Below are positions 12,190 to 25,392 of a stretch of DNA of 64,000 nt, in pieces. Under the pieces are notes generated by a model, which was not told the origin of the DNA, searched no databases, and was given only the letters and a program-made list of their open reading frames with translations. Both the position numbers and the translations under genes were made by a program. Position 1 is the first letter of the stretch; each line of letters starts with the position of its first letter. Source of the DNA: Octopus bimaculoides. Its lineage: Eukaryota. The stretch spans positions 169,596,581-169,660,580 of the forward strand of contig NC_068982.1 in the NCBI RefSeq assembly GCF_001194135.2, read 5' to 3'.

Positions 12190-12582
12190 TCCCGGCGTTA
12201 CTGTCAAAATGCAAAGAGCCAGAACAGAAACAGCAAGGGATTACCCCCACGACACTCTCATAATCTACTAATCCTGCCAATCCACAGTACTGGACTAATA
12301 TAGTGTTTATCAACTCAGAAACGAAAAAACACAAACGAGTTCAGAGAACAAGAATTAATAATACCTCAAGGCATTTCATCCGATGCTGAAACGACTTGCT
12401 ACATTGCTGTATATAGTAAAGTCAATAATAACAACAATGATTTCTAACATTGGCGCAGTCGATTTTATTGACCCCTGTGCTTGCTTGGTAATTACTTTAT
12501 CGATCCCAGAAGGATGAAAGACAGCAAAGTCAACTTCAGTGGTATGATAATGAACAGTAATTAAAACTGAGATTTTCACCTC

Positions 12583-12649
12583 ATGTATGTATGTATGTAT
12601 GTATGTATGTATGTATGTATGTATGTATGTATGTGTGTGTGCGTGTGTG

Positions 12650-12710
<61 letters not shown>

Positions 12711-12715
12711 ATATT
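12583..12715. repeat. (TATG)n-(TG)n-(TA)n compound microsatellite
   Basis: Read directly. Confidence 0.95.
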
Positions 12716-12755
12716 TATATATATGGATATGGGCACATGGATATATATGGATATG

Positions 12756-12935
12756 TTTTACTTGTTCTATTCATTGGACCATAGCGATGCGGGGCACCGC
12801 CTTGAAGGATTTAGTCGAACAAATCGACCCCAGTACTTATTACATCTTGCATTTATTCTCTCGGTCTCTTTTGCGAAACGCTAAGTTACTGGGACGTAAA
12901 CGAATTAACATCGATTGTCACAGGGCCACAAACAG
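12756..12935 (-). mobile_element. SINE family B 3' half
   Basis: Reverse complement reads CCCAGTAACTTAGCG.TTCG ... GGGGTCGATTTGTTCGACTAAA ... GGCGGTGCCCCGCAT ... GAACAAGTAAAA. Confidence 0.75.
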
Positions 12936-12983
12936 ACATACATATAAGGAGAGAAAGTATGAGAAAGGTTCACAAACATGTAC

Positions 12984-13048
<65 letters not shown>

Positions 13049-13689
13049 CATACCTCCCTCCATTCCTCCCTCTATGTACGATGACCCTCACTCTCACGCG
13101 TTCATTATTGACTATTCTTGTTCGAGCGGTCTAGCAATCGTTCCTGCTTTGTAAAGACCATGCGCAAATATGTATTAAATATTTTCAGCCATATTATATA
13201 CAGTCTAACATGTAAAGACTTTGCCTAAGTATGTATACAGCCTTCCTCAGATTGTAAATAGTTTACAAATCATCGCTGATAAAATCTTTGTTAGACTCTG
13301 CTATGTTTTTTTTTAATATGTATAAACATGTTAACTGGATACTGGGTACTGACGGAAGGTATTTTGATTCTAAATAACCAGACATTGTGTTTAAATATTT
13401 CTCTTTTGAGGTTAGTTAATTAAGCTAAACTTGATATTTTTCATTTTCATTGAGCATTCTTGCTAATCGTTTTACTTGATAGGCTAATTGATATCTACAC
13501 ATTCACAAACACACGCAGACAACACCTATACGGGAATAATCCCACTCTCTGAAAAGATACGCACAAACGGATATATATAAGATGTATCGTTCACACACAT
13601 TTTAATCTTAAAACTATAGGTAAGATATTAACGAGGTTTGCATAGAAAAAAACAAACAAATTCTTCTAATATGACGATGAAGATTATAA

Positions 13690-13690
<1 letters not shown>

Positions 13691-13732
<42 letters not shown>
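13691..13732. repeat. Perfect (GAC)14 microsatellite
   Basis: Read directly. Confidence 0.95.
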
Positions 13733-14559
13733 TAGGATGACGTATTGATGACGGTGATGATATTGTAGGGGGTGTCGTTGTTGTTGGTGGACTAGGAATA
13801 TATCACGCCCCTAAGAAATTATTATCAAGTATTTTCTATCTATAAGATGTCTTTGTTATCAAACGCTTTTCCTCTTGGGAATGAATATATATATATATAN
13901 NNNNNNNNNNNNNNNNNNNNNNNNNNNNNNNNNNNNNNNNNNNNNNNNNNNNNNNNNNNNNNNNNNNNNNNNNNNNNNNNNNNNNNNNNNNNNNNNNNNN
14001 NNNNNNNNNNNNNNNNNNNNNNNNNNNNNNNNNNNNNNNNNNNNNNNNNNNNNNNNNNNNNNNNNNNNNNNNNNNNNNNNNNNNNNNNNNNNNNNNNNNN
14101 NNNNNNNNNNNNNNNNNNNNNNNNNNNNNNNNNNNNNNNNNNNNNNNNNNNNNNNNNNNNNNNNNNNNNNNNNNNNNNNNNNNNNNNNNNNNNNNNNNNN
14201 NNNNNNNNNNNNNNNNNNNNTATATATATATATATATATATATATATCTCCAGGCGTTCAACTACAGAATCGTGCCGCTATTTCGGTCGAGATCATTGTT
14301 GTTTTCGATTGTTCGTTCTCCGAAGAGGAGGAAAATAAAATATATAATTTACAAATATGTACACATATGCTTACTTACGTGCGCTCATTACACGGACTTA
14401 CATTTACACTCAAACGCAATCGCACGTCTGACTACACACTTTATTACAAACATGTTCAGAACATACAAATATAACACACGCTCACGCAAGCATGCTGCGC
14501 GCACACACGTATATTTACATATCTATATATAAATGTGTGTATGTATGTCAGTAATATAT

Positions 14560-14646
<87 letters not shown>

Positions 14647-14782
14647 TAAGTATATATGTATATATACGTATGCCTGTTATAAAGGAAGAAACAATGTGTG
14701 AAAGAGAACAAACAAATATAACTAGAAACTTCCCCCCTAAAACAACAACTAAAAGCAATAACAAAAACAAAGAGAAAGCAAA

Positions 14783-14842
<60 letters not shown>

Positions 14843-16446
14843 NNNNNNNNNNNNNNNNNNNNNNNNNNNNNNNNNNNNNNNNNNNNNNNNNNNNNNNNNN
14901 NNNNNNNNNNNNNNNNNNNNNNNNNNNNNNNNNNNNNNNNNNNNNNNNNNNNNNNNNNNNNNNNNNNNNNNNNNNNNNNNNNNNNNNNNNNNNNNNNNNN
15001 NNNNNNNNNNNNNNNNNNNNNNNNNNNNNNNNNNNNNNNNNNNNNNNNNNNNNNNNNNNNNNNNNNNNNNNNNNNNNNNNNNNNNNNNNNNNNNNNNNNN
15101 NNNNNNNNNNNNNNNNNNNNNNNNNNNNNNNNNNNNNNNNNNNNNNNNNNNNNNNNNNNNNNNNNNNNNNNNNNNNNNNNNNNNNNNNNNNNNNNNNNNN
15201 NNNNNNNNNNNNNNNNNNNNNNNNNNNNNNNNNNNNNNNNNNNNNNNNNNNNNNAAATGATATGCAGAAAACGAAAACTGGAAAAATGGAAAAAGAAAAT
15301 AAAGAGAAACGAAATTTCGCAAATTTCATCTCATTATTGAATTTTCTTCATTTATTCATTATTCCGTTTATACAGTCGTTGTTATTTGATATTTTTATTC
15401 TTTCATTCTCCTTATCTTTCTGTTTCTCTCCCGAGTTTCTCTTCCCTTTTTCTTCGTCTTCTTTTCTCTTTAATGTTTCTCACTTATATTTCTGCTTCCT
15501 CAAGTAGTTAGCATAAAACGTTAGAGGTTTATTTCGCAAAGAAAACTGTTTTCGTCTTGTTTTCCTTTCTTGTTTTTGCTGGTTTCGTTCATTAGTTTGC
15601 GATCATGCTGGGCTACCAATTTCATGAATATAGTCGATTATATAGACTCCTTTGCTGTTTGTAACCGGCATTATTTTATTGATCTCGGAAAGATGTGAGG
15701 CAAAATTAATACGGGGTAAGATTTGAGCTTAAAATCTAAAGCAACTTTACCAAATACAATAATGTTTTCTATCTAACACTGCATCACCCTATGCTTGTCA
15801 GAATTTATTTAAAGGAAAAGTACAGTTGGTCGACCTGATCCCTGTTCCTAACTATTATTCATTATCCACCACACAGCGATTAATATCAATAAGGTGCTAG
15901 TAAAATTGAAACTCATGACATTAAATAACTTGAACCAAATACTCTCAAAAAATTTACTACTTCAGCTTTTGTTAGATCATCTTATAAGCTTTATCGTTAT
16001 TGATTTTCTGCAGTTAGCAAATTTTTGATAGGGAGAAGTATAATCGATCGAGCTATACCAGTATATTACATTCTTCTCAAGCCCTTGACTCAATGACTAG
16101 TCCTAGTTTCCTAGATTTTAAGCGGATGTCATAAAGATCTCATTCTCAATAGTTGATCAATCTAATGCACAAAGAATCCTACTTCTATATTACAGAATTG
16201 GAGAAACAATATTTGGCTTACCCACGTTATTTTTTTTAAAATCTTGAAATATTTTCCTATTTTCTTGGATGTTAGTATATTCGGAACTCCTTCATAGCAT
16301 TCATGTTTTCCGAACCTTTGTCATTTATGTTGCTAGGCATTGCAGAAGGGTCTCCTTCTATCGGAATGTGTCGAAATCATGATAAATTACTATCCGATAG
16401 ATTATGATGGGAACATATCGTAGCGTTTACAATGTTGAGATAGTTG

Positions 16447-16515
<69 letters not shown>

Positions 16516-16593
16516 TTGATGATGATGATAAAGACGACGACGACAATGATAGCAATAATAATGATGATGGTAATGATGATGATGATGATGATG

Positions 16594-16655
<62 letters not shown>
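16447..16655. repeat. Compound triplet tract (AAT)n-(GAT/GAC)n-(AAT)n
   Basis: Read directly; source of the poly-N/D/I/L ORFs. Confidence 0.95.
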
Positions 16656-16657
<2 letters not shown>

Positions 16658-16904
16658 ATCCATTTACACAGAAAATAAAGAATGCTGTGTAAAATTTCCT
16701 TAGTTCAATGCCGATATGGAAGTATTAAAAAATTTCCATTAATGACGTATAAATGTCTTTCTTTATGGTTTTGGACAGACCGTTATTTCTAGCACCTTCA
16801 TATTAAAGGCTTAACAACTATTAAACTAAACGTAACAAGCATTTCCCAGTCGAAGATACGCTATCAGAACTTTCACTATACGCCATTCCATATATTGATT
16901 TCTT

Positions 16905-17110
16905 ATATTGGCTAGAGGCCACACATTTATAAGGTAGGGGTACAGTCGATTGAATCAACCCCTTAAAATACGATTCTTATTTTATCGAACTCAGTAGGAT
17001 GAAAGGCTACTTCGGTATCGGTGAGATTGAAATTAGAACGCAAACGGGCTAAGCAAAAACACAGTTTTTGACATTTCGTCAAGCACCCTACGGTTTTGGA
17101 TACGCCACCA
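16905..17110 (-). mobile_element. SINE family A (diverged)
   Basis: AGTCGATT..ATC.ACCCC, TTATTTTATCGA.C.C...AGGATGAAAGG. Confidence 0.65.
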
Positions 17111-17832
17111 CCCTCGACCTGTTATGTACCAATGTATCATAATGCTTTTTCTATCGATTTTATACTATTTAGATGAGTTTGAACCCTACACCCGCAGTGC
17201 CTATTATCAATGCTGTCAAGCATTTTTTCACGTGCATCGCTTGTACCAATCTATAAATATTTTCATTCATTCATTCATTCATTCATTCATTCATTCATTC
17301 AAAATTCCACAAGACTGAATCTAAATGAACAAACATAAGTCTATAAACAGCAAAAATTTCCAGCAACAAATGTATGACACTTTCCCATCCACGAATAGCT
17401 TTAGTGAAAGTCGCCATATTGCACTGTTAACTTTGGCAACAGATACACTTTATTAATTACGATATATAATTTCAGATGTCTAAATCAATGGTCTCTGAAG
17501 GATTTAGTGTTATTTTTCCCCCGATGAAAGAGAAACAGTTTAATATCTTTCTTAAAAAGATTAGTTACTAGCGTCATTGTCTTCAGGGTTTGAGAAGACC
17601 CATCAAATATTATTGAAATAATTACATTTTCAAACAAATTAAAACATACGATTATTTATCAGCAGTAGAGACAACAGTTGTAGCTGCAGTGATAGTAGCA
17701 GCAGACTTGGTAATATCAGCAATAAACATAATTTCTTTCCAAGAAGTACATCACTTCTTGGAGATAAGATGCGAGTGTGTGTGAGCGCGCGTGTACATAC
17801 ATACATGCATGCATACATACATACATACATAC

Positions 17833-17863
<31 letters not shown>

Positions 17864-18077
17864 TGTATGTATGTATGTATGTATGTATTTCTGTATGTAT
17901 GTATGTATGTATGTATATATGTATACATATCTGTATGTATATAAGCGTGTATTTTTTGTGTGTACCTGTGTATGTATATATGTATGTATATTACTAAAAC
18001 ATATTGTAGAAGAACGTTTGTAGTAATGGGAAAACTGGAAATAGCAAACTAACAAAAGAGTGAAGTCTCAGTTTAGA

Positions 18078-18111
<34 letters not shown>

Positions 18112-19020
18112 NNNNNNNNNNNNNNNNNNNNNNNNNNNNNNNNNNNNNNNNNNNNNNNNNNNNNNNNNNNNNNNNNNNNNNNNNNNNNNNNNNNNNNNNN
18201 NNNNNNNNNNNNNNNNNNNNNNNNNNNNNNNNNNNNNNNNNNNNNNNNNNNNNNNNNNNNNNNNNNNNNNNNNNNNNNNNNNNNNNNNNNNNNNNNNNNN
18301 NNNNNNNNNNNNNNNNNNNNNNNNNNNNNNNNNNNNNNNNNNNNNNNNNNNNNNNNNNNNNNNNNNNNNNNNNNNNNNNNNNNNNNNNNNNNNNNNNNNN
18401 NNNNNNNNNNNNNNNNNNNNNNNNNNNNNNNNNNNNNNNNNNNNNNNNNNNNNNNNNNNNNNNNNNNNNNNNNNNNNNNNNNNNNNNNNNNNNNNNNNNN
18501 NNNNNNNNNNNNNNNNNNNNNNNNNNNNNNNNNNNNNNNNNNNNNNNNNNNNNNNNNNNNNNNNNNNNNNNNNNNNNNNNNNNNNNNNNNNNNNNNNNNN
18601 NNNNNNNNNNNNNNNNNNNNNNNNNNNNNNNNNNNNNNNNNNNNNNNNNNNNNNNNNNNNNNNNNNNNNNNNNNNNNNNNNNNNNNNNNNNNNNNNNNNN
18701 NNNNNNNNNNNNNNNNNNNNNNNNNNNNNNNNNNNNNNNNNNNNNNNNNNNNNNNNNNNNNNNNNNNNNNNNNNNNNNNNNNNNNNNNNNNNNNNNNNNN
18801 NNNNNNNNNNNNNNNNNNNNNNNNNNNNNNNNNNNNNNNNNNNNNNNNNNNNNNNNNNNNNNNNNNNNNNNNNNNNNNNNNNNNNNNNNNNNNNNNNNNN
18901 NNNNNNNNNNNNNNNNNNNNNNNNNNNNNNNNNNNNNNNNNNNNNNNNNNNNNNNNNNNNNNNNNNNNNNNNNNNNNNNNNNNNNNNNNNNNNNNNNNNN
19001 NNNNNNNNNNNNNNNNNNNN
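18112..19020. other. Largest assembly gap (other gaps: 6566-6830, 13900-14220, 14843-15255, 24428-24562, 29397-29654, 38651-38856, 47053-47185, 48441-48450, 53790-54527)
   Basis: Runs of N; most abut (TA)n tracts. Confidence 0.99.
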
Positions 19021-19584
19021 TAAACAAATAATAAAAGAGTATATGCATATATACGTACAAGTATGTGCATACCTACGTTTACCTGTATATATAGGTGCAT
19101 ATCTGGGTACAGGACGTTGCAAACAAAACGTAGACAAGAAAATAATAATAACCAGAGTACAGAAAACACACAAGCCACATAGAGAACATTTTCTTTCATC
19201 AGCTACCCCCGTTTTAACACCGGCGTTTCGAAGAGTTGGGCAGGACGTATCGTTAAAACGGCTCTTCCCATGGACCGCAAATTAAATTTGTATGCACAAA
19301 TTAAACCTGTGCCATGGAGGAATGTAGTGGCGGACAAAAAACAAGACAGGAAAACAAACGGAAAAGGCTATGCGGCCAAACGTGAAAAATTATGTGTATA
19401 TAAATGCTGTGAGGCACGAACTTGAAAGTGGGGACCAAGTAAGTTCGCGTGTTTGCTCGCCGATAGCCAAGGAAGAAAAGGATTAGTGACCGGAAGCATG
19501 TGACCATGGAGGGGTAAGGGAGAGAGAGAGAGAGAGAGTGGTAGAGAGAGAAACAAAGGGAGGAAGTAGAAGAATAGGTGAGCA

Positions 19585-19707
19585 ACGAGAGAAAGAGAGG
19601 AACATAGTAGTAACAGAAGGAAGTACGAGGGGGAAAAGAGAGAGAGATATAGTAGTAACAGAAGGAAGAACGAGAGGGGTAAAGAGAGATACGTAGTAGT
19701 AACAGAG

Positions 19708-19710
<3 letters not shown>
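19585..19710. repeat. ~45-bp purine-rich minisatellite (about 3 copies)
   Basis: TAGTAGTAACAGA recurs at 19605, 19650 and 19694. Confidence 0.8.
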
Positions 19711-19750
<40 letters not shown>

Positions 19751-20115
19751 TGTACGCACACACACACACACACACACATACACACACACACACATATATA
19801 CACAGACATATATATATCGTGTTAACTAAACTGTATAACAGTATCGTAAAATGTTGACAGGATATTAATTGTTCTGGAAATAGCACAATAAGCGGTAATA
19901 TTGTTCAGTTATCTGAACATATCTAGTTCAACTGCCTGAATGGTCTGCAGGGTTGATAGTGTGAATATCAGGGCTGCAGGCTTACTATCGTTGCATTTCC
20001 GACGAATGCCACGCCCGTAGAAATCTAGTGAATCCCGTGGGAGACAGATGTGAAGAGTTCGGAGATGAGAGAGATAGATAGATGGATAGATAGAGATAGA
20101 CAGATAGGTAAAGAG

Positions 20116-20146
<31 letters not shown>

Positions 20147-20637
20147 GAGAAAAAGAGAGAGAGATAGAGAAAGAGAGAGAGAGAGAAATAGTGAAAAGTA
20201 AGTGAATCAGCTGAGGATACATTAAGAAGTTAACTGACCTCGGTTGATAGGGACATTTGAATTTCTCTGAGCTGATATGTATGTATGTAATGTATGTATG
20301 TATGTAGGTATGTATGCATGTGTGAAATGTATGTATGACTGTATGTACGACTTCTTGTGATTAGAGTAACCTTTATTGTCTATTCAATGTTAAAGACTTT
20401 GGATGATCTGGTAACAGTCATTAGAATGCAATATAAAACTACTTTCAGCAGTTAAAGATAATGAAATTTTGACTGCATACATTAGATTTCCGCGGTGTGA
20501 GAGATAATAGAACATATTATATCAGTAAAATTTGCCAGTGTTACTTTATGTTTTTTAATGCATGATATTATTCTATGAATTATTAATTCAAACAACTATT
20601 TCTTCGATAAATTACATTTAGGTAAATTGTTCTAGAT

Positions 20638-20921
20638 CAATGATTCCCAAACTTTTTCAGGTTGCTGCCTCCTTGGCACTCGAGCCACATTCCTAACACC
20701 CCCACCACTCACCTACACAAACATAAACCACTTTCTGCAGCAAATTCAAAAGAACTGTATTTCACAAATAAAACTTAACCGAATTAACCCTTTATTTTGT
20801 TGTTTTTACTTACCTTACCCGCTTTTATCCACCCCATTATCATCCTACTTTCCTTCAACGCTCCCCACTGGATCCTCCCACCGCTTCCAGGGGGAAGTAC
20901 CACCTACTTTGGGAACCACCA
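20638..20921. mobile_element. hAT (Charlie-type) MITE, 284 bp
   Basis: Perfect 8-bp TSD TTCTAGAT at 20630-20637 and 20922-20929. Imperfect TIRs CAATGATTCCCAAACT and ACTTTGGGAACCACCA match the hAT-Charlie CAGTGGTTCCCAAA / NTCTAGAN pattern. Confidence 0.9.
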
Positions 20922-21414
20922 TTCTAGATAGACTATACTTCGATCAGTTGCCCACGTCACCCTTACAATTACATTGACAATTTTTTCCGGAAATGAAATG
21001 CACTCTTTTTGATATCTCGTTTTTGTAGCCTGAAATCTCTTTCCGATATGAATATTACAATAAAATGATAACGATTATAAAATATTACTGAAAGTAGTTG
21101 AAACTGATAAAATGATGTATAAATTTAATTATCGTTGTTCTCAAAATGTGCACAAAGAGTGCAGATTAATTGTTTACGCTATTTGATTTTCGACTTCATT
21201 GCTCTAGTTTCGAAGCACACATTTTGAAATGATCAGTTTTTAGAAATGTATGAATAATTGAAAATCTTCCACGGTTACTTTGGAAGTTAACTCTTAATTG
21301 AAGAGTGCAAAGTTTGTTATTCACGCAGCACACCAAGGCCAACCGATAACAGGTGTATTAAAAATTAAGGTAAACATCAAACTGTGTGAATGCAGGTTTG
21401 ACAAATTGCCTCGC

Positions 21415-21425
21415 GATGAGAGAGG

Positions 21426-21493
<68 letters not shown>

Positions 21494-21910
21494 GAGAGGT
21501 AGAGAGAGAAAGCGATAATAGAAAGAATATATAAATTTACAAACGAGAAAGGAAAAGTGAAAGTGAAAGTAAAGGAGATAAAAGATTAAAACTGATCAAG
21601 GGAGGTAAAAATAAAAAATGGGAGCAATGGAAGGGGAAAAAAGCAATAAGAAGAAATAGTGAGAAAGAATACAAGAAAGGTAGATATTGCGAAGAGATGG
21701 ATAGAGGGAGAGAGACAGATAGAGAGAAAAATAAGGAGAGAAAGATGAGAGAGAGAATGAGAGTGTGAGTATGTGTGAGAGTGAGTGAGAGAGAGAGAGA
21801 GAGAGGGAGAGGGGAGAGAGAAAGGAAAGAGAACGATGGGAGAAAGAAGCCAAGAAAGTGGTAACAATATATGTTGCAGAGTAAACACAAAGATGCGTGA
21901 AGAGCGATAG

Positions 21911-21968
<58 letters not shown>

Positions 21969-22025
21969 GAAAGAGAGAGGGAGAGAAAGAGAAAGAGAGA
22001 GGGAAGTGGGGAAGAAAGGAAAGAA
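21415..22025. repeat. Long polypurine (AG)n/(AAG)-rich tract
   Basis: Perfect (AG)n at about 21420-21490 and 21915-21965, within purine-biased sequence. Confidence 0.9.
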
Positions 22026-23018
22026 ACTTTAAGAGATGGTTGGGAAATAATTAGCTAAGTTGCAAGGGAATTGGAAGCAAGTAAAATTCATTAGTGGCTC
22101 CATAGAAATGGAACCTAAATTAATATTTAAAACGATAGTAGAATATTGTATTTTGGCGTACAGAAGAAAGTTGATCCTTTTTTATTTCTAGAAACCTGCG
22201 ATTATAGAACATAAACTCTCAGGGAGAGGATGTTAGAACATGGCATTGAATATAGAGTATAACTTATCAAGCAGTAAAAAATTCTTCTAACTGTTACTGC
22301 GACGCGTTATCGAATACATTTGACAGATGTAAACAAATGATCGTTTTTCTTTGTATAAAGGATATTTTTTTTATTGGTTTCGAAACTGGTTGGGGTATCT
22401 TCAGAGGTTATGCACTCGCTTTTATGTATTAGAAGTCTTAACATTACAAACATCAGGTTCAAATCTGTTTATAATCTAACTGTAAGGAAAGCGAAAATGT
22501 ACTACGCCGTATTAAGTTCTGTTTCATTTCCAAGTTTGAAGTTGGTCAATTGTAGATGGAGGGATAAAACAGAGTTAACATATTGAATGGGATGAATTAT
22601 GCAGTTAGATAAAACAGTATTGATAGCCATGTCGAAAAGGTTTGGTTGTGTTACCAGTCCAGGTCTGTCTGATTCATTTCCCGTTATCAGTAATATGTTC
22701 TATCAGAAGTATTGTCATCTCACTGTCCAGTGGCTCACTTCATCTTGTTTGTAAGTAGGTTTCACGTAAGCTTTAACGTGGTCGCCTGACCTATTAAAAA
22801 TAACAGCCAAATTTTTTTTGAGCCCAATCCAACCACTGTTTTAAAAATAGAAGAACAATTCTGAAGATGTAACCCTTGATTTACTGTGTCTGGAAAAATT
22901 GTTTTTACAGAGACAAATCTTGCTTTTGCTTCCTGTATTAAAATAGAATGGAGACTTTTCTAGTGAGAAATATCAGTCTACAACCAAATATGATGAAGAT
23001 ATTAAATCTTCAAACAGC

Positions 23019-23270
23019 AATGGTTTCTAATTTAGGCACAAAGCCAACGGTTTTGAAGTGCTTATCTGTGTGTGTGTATGAGTATGTGTGTGAGATTTAA
23101 TCAATCACATCGAACTCAATTTTGAACAGGTACTTTATTTTATCGGCCTTAGAGAGATGAAAGGCAAAGCTGTACGCAGCGAAATTTGAACTTAGAAAGT
23201 ATAGCGCCGGAATAAAGAACGCTTGGCTTTTTTATGGATGTTCTAATGCTTTTGTCAATCCACCACTTTA
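23019..23270 (-). mobile_element. SINE family A
   Basis: GGTACTTTATTTTATCGG...GATGAAAGGCAAAG, AAATTTGAACTTAGAA. Confidence 0.7.
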
Positions 23271-23282
23271 TAACAATAATGA

Positions 23283-23507
23283 CAATTCTTTCTGATTATG
23301 GAGCAAAGCAAGCGATCTTAGAATGGGAAGTGATGGTTAGTCGCTTAAATCGAACTCAGTGCCCACCTGGATCATATTTTATCATCCCTGAATGGGATGA
23401 AAGACGATGTCGACTTCGGTAGAATTTGAGAACAGAACGTAAAAAGCCGGAAGAAATACGCTAAGCATTTTATCCGACGCATTACCGATTCTTCTCACTC
23501 GCTCCTT
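23283..23507 (-). mobile_element. SINE family A (tandem with the previous copy)
   Basis: TTTTATCATCCCTGAATGGGATGAAAG..GTCGACTTCGG, GAAATACGCTAAGCATTTT.TCCGACGC. Confidence 0.75.
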
Positions 23508-24573
23508 CATCTATACAATAATGGAGAAAACTGCTCATTAATTAGAATAATGTAGCTTTCACTAAAAGAAAGTAATTATTAAAGTCTCAATAGCTTAGAA
23601 AATCTTTAAAAATTAAAATTTTAATATATCTGTATTAAAATATGATCTTTTTACAACTAAACGATTAATTTTAATTGCGAACGTTTTCGAAAAAACATAA
23701 CTGCGAGATCGTATTGATAGAATACCCTACTAATTTCTCTATCTGTCTGTCTGCTTGTCTACCAGCTTGACTGTCTGTATGCCTGTCTGCTTCTGTCTCT
23801 GTCGGTCTTTCTGTCTGTCTTTGTCTCTGTCAGTCTTTCTGTCTGTCTGTCTGTCTGTCTGTCTCTGTCTGTCTCCTCCTCTCTCTCTCCCCTGCTCTCT
23901 CTCTTTCCATCTCGTATTTGTTTATATATTTCCGATAACACCTTTACTATAACCTTCACTGTTTGTTTTATTGTAGTTCATATGATGAACCAGAATAAAA
24001 AAAATATCATTTCTCATCTTTATACATTTGCAGTTGTGTGTTTAAGGTTATTAATGCTAAAATGTACACACACATACAAACATACGCCCCCCCACACATA
24101 TTGACAGGGAAGAAATAATTTATACAATCACCTGTGTTAGAAGCAAGTTTTTCAATATGATTTTTTTCCTGTATATCCCCAAACATCTTTATGCTGATTT
24201 AAAAAAAAAAAATGAAAAATAAAAAACAGACATCAGAGATTCTGAGTTTGCAATGTTTATAATATAAAAGCAATTTTTTTTTTCTAAATTATAAACTAGT
24301 GAACGAAATATATATTATACAATGCAAAATAATACACATACGTTTTAAATGCAGACGAAATTTATATACAAAATAAAATATATTCATATGTAATTATCAT
24401 ATAAAAAATATATAGACTTTGAATGCGNNNNNNNNNNNNNNNNNNNNNNNNNNNNNNNNNNNNNNNNNNNNNNNNNNNNNNNNNNNNNNNNNNNNNNNNN
24501 NNNNNNNNNNNNNNNNNNNNNNNNNNNNNNNNNNNNNNNNNNNNNNNNNNNNNNNNNNNNNNACGCACGCACG

Positions 24574-24625
<52 letters not shown>

Positions 24626-24951
24626 ATACCTATCACACAGAGAAAACACACCCCAAGGCAAACATTGGGCTAAGAATTTGAGGGAGGGAGGATCTGAAAA
24701 TAATAGGCAGTTAGACGAGATCGATTTCATCCTTCCCACCCCTAGACCTTAATCTGAACGCAAGCTCAAGTTACGGGGTGGTCAGCTGACTAGAGCGGGG
24801 GCGGTGTCTGAAATCGCCACACCAGCATAATTTGCTATACGCTTTAGAATCTACCTAAATGACCACTGCTATTTCTAGCATGATATATGAACACAGAGGA
24901 TGGACTACTGTAGAATTTGCTTAAAAAAGAGAGATTAAGCCTGCGATGAAA

Positions 24952-25166
24952 TAATGGTTTCAAATCTATGAGCACATGGTCAGCAGTTTTAAAGGGAAAA
25001 GGAAGTCGATTACATCGACCCCAGTACTGGACTGGTATTTGTTTTATCGATCACGAAAGGCAAAGTCGACCTCGGTGGTATTTAAGCTCTGGACGTGAAG
25101 ACGGACGAAATGCCGCTAATCATTTTGTCCAACGTGCTAAAGATATTCTGTCAGTTCGCAGCCTTA
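24952..25166 (-). mobile_element. SINE family A
   Basis: GTCGATTACATCGACCCCAGTACT..ACTGGTA, AAGGCAAAGTCGACCTCGG, GACGGACGAAATGCCGCTAA. Confidence 0.88.
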
Positions 25167-25175
25167 CTGTGATAA

Positions 25176-25392
25176 AATAATCCTTTCTACTATGGACACA
25201 AGGCCTGAAATTGGGGGAGGTGATAATCGATTACATCGACTCCAGTACACAACTGGTACTTAGTTTATCGACCCTGAAAGGATGAACGGTAAAATCGACT
25301 TCGGCTGCATTTGAACTCAGAACGTAAAGACGGATGAAATGCCGCTAAGCATTTTGTCCGGCGCAGTAACGATTCTACAAGCTCGCAGCCTT
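25176..25392 (-). mobile_element. SINE family A (tandem with the previous copy)
   Basis: TTTATCGACCCTGAAAGGATGAA, TTTGAACTCAGAACGTAAAGACGGATGAAATGCCGCTAAGCATTTTGTCCGGCG. Confidence 0.9.
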
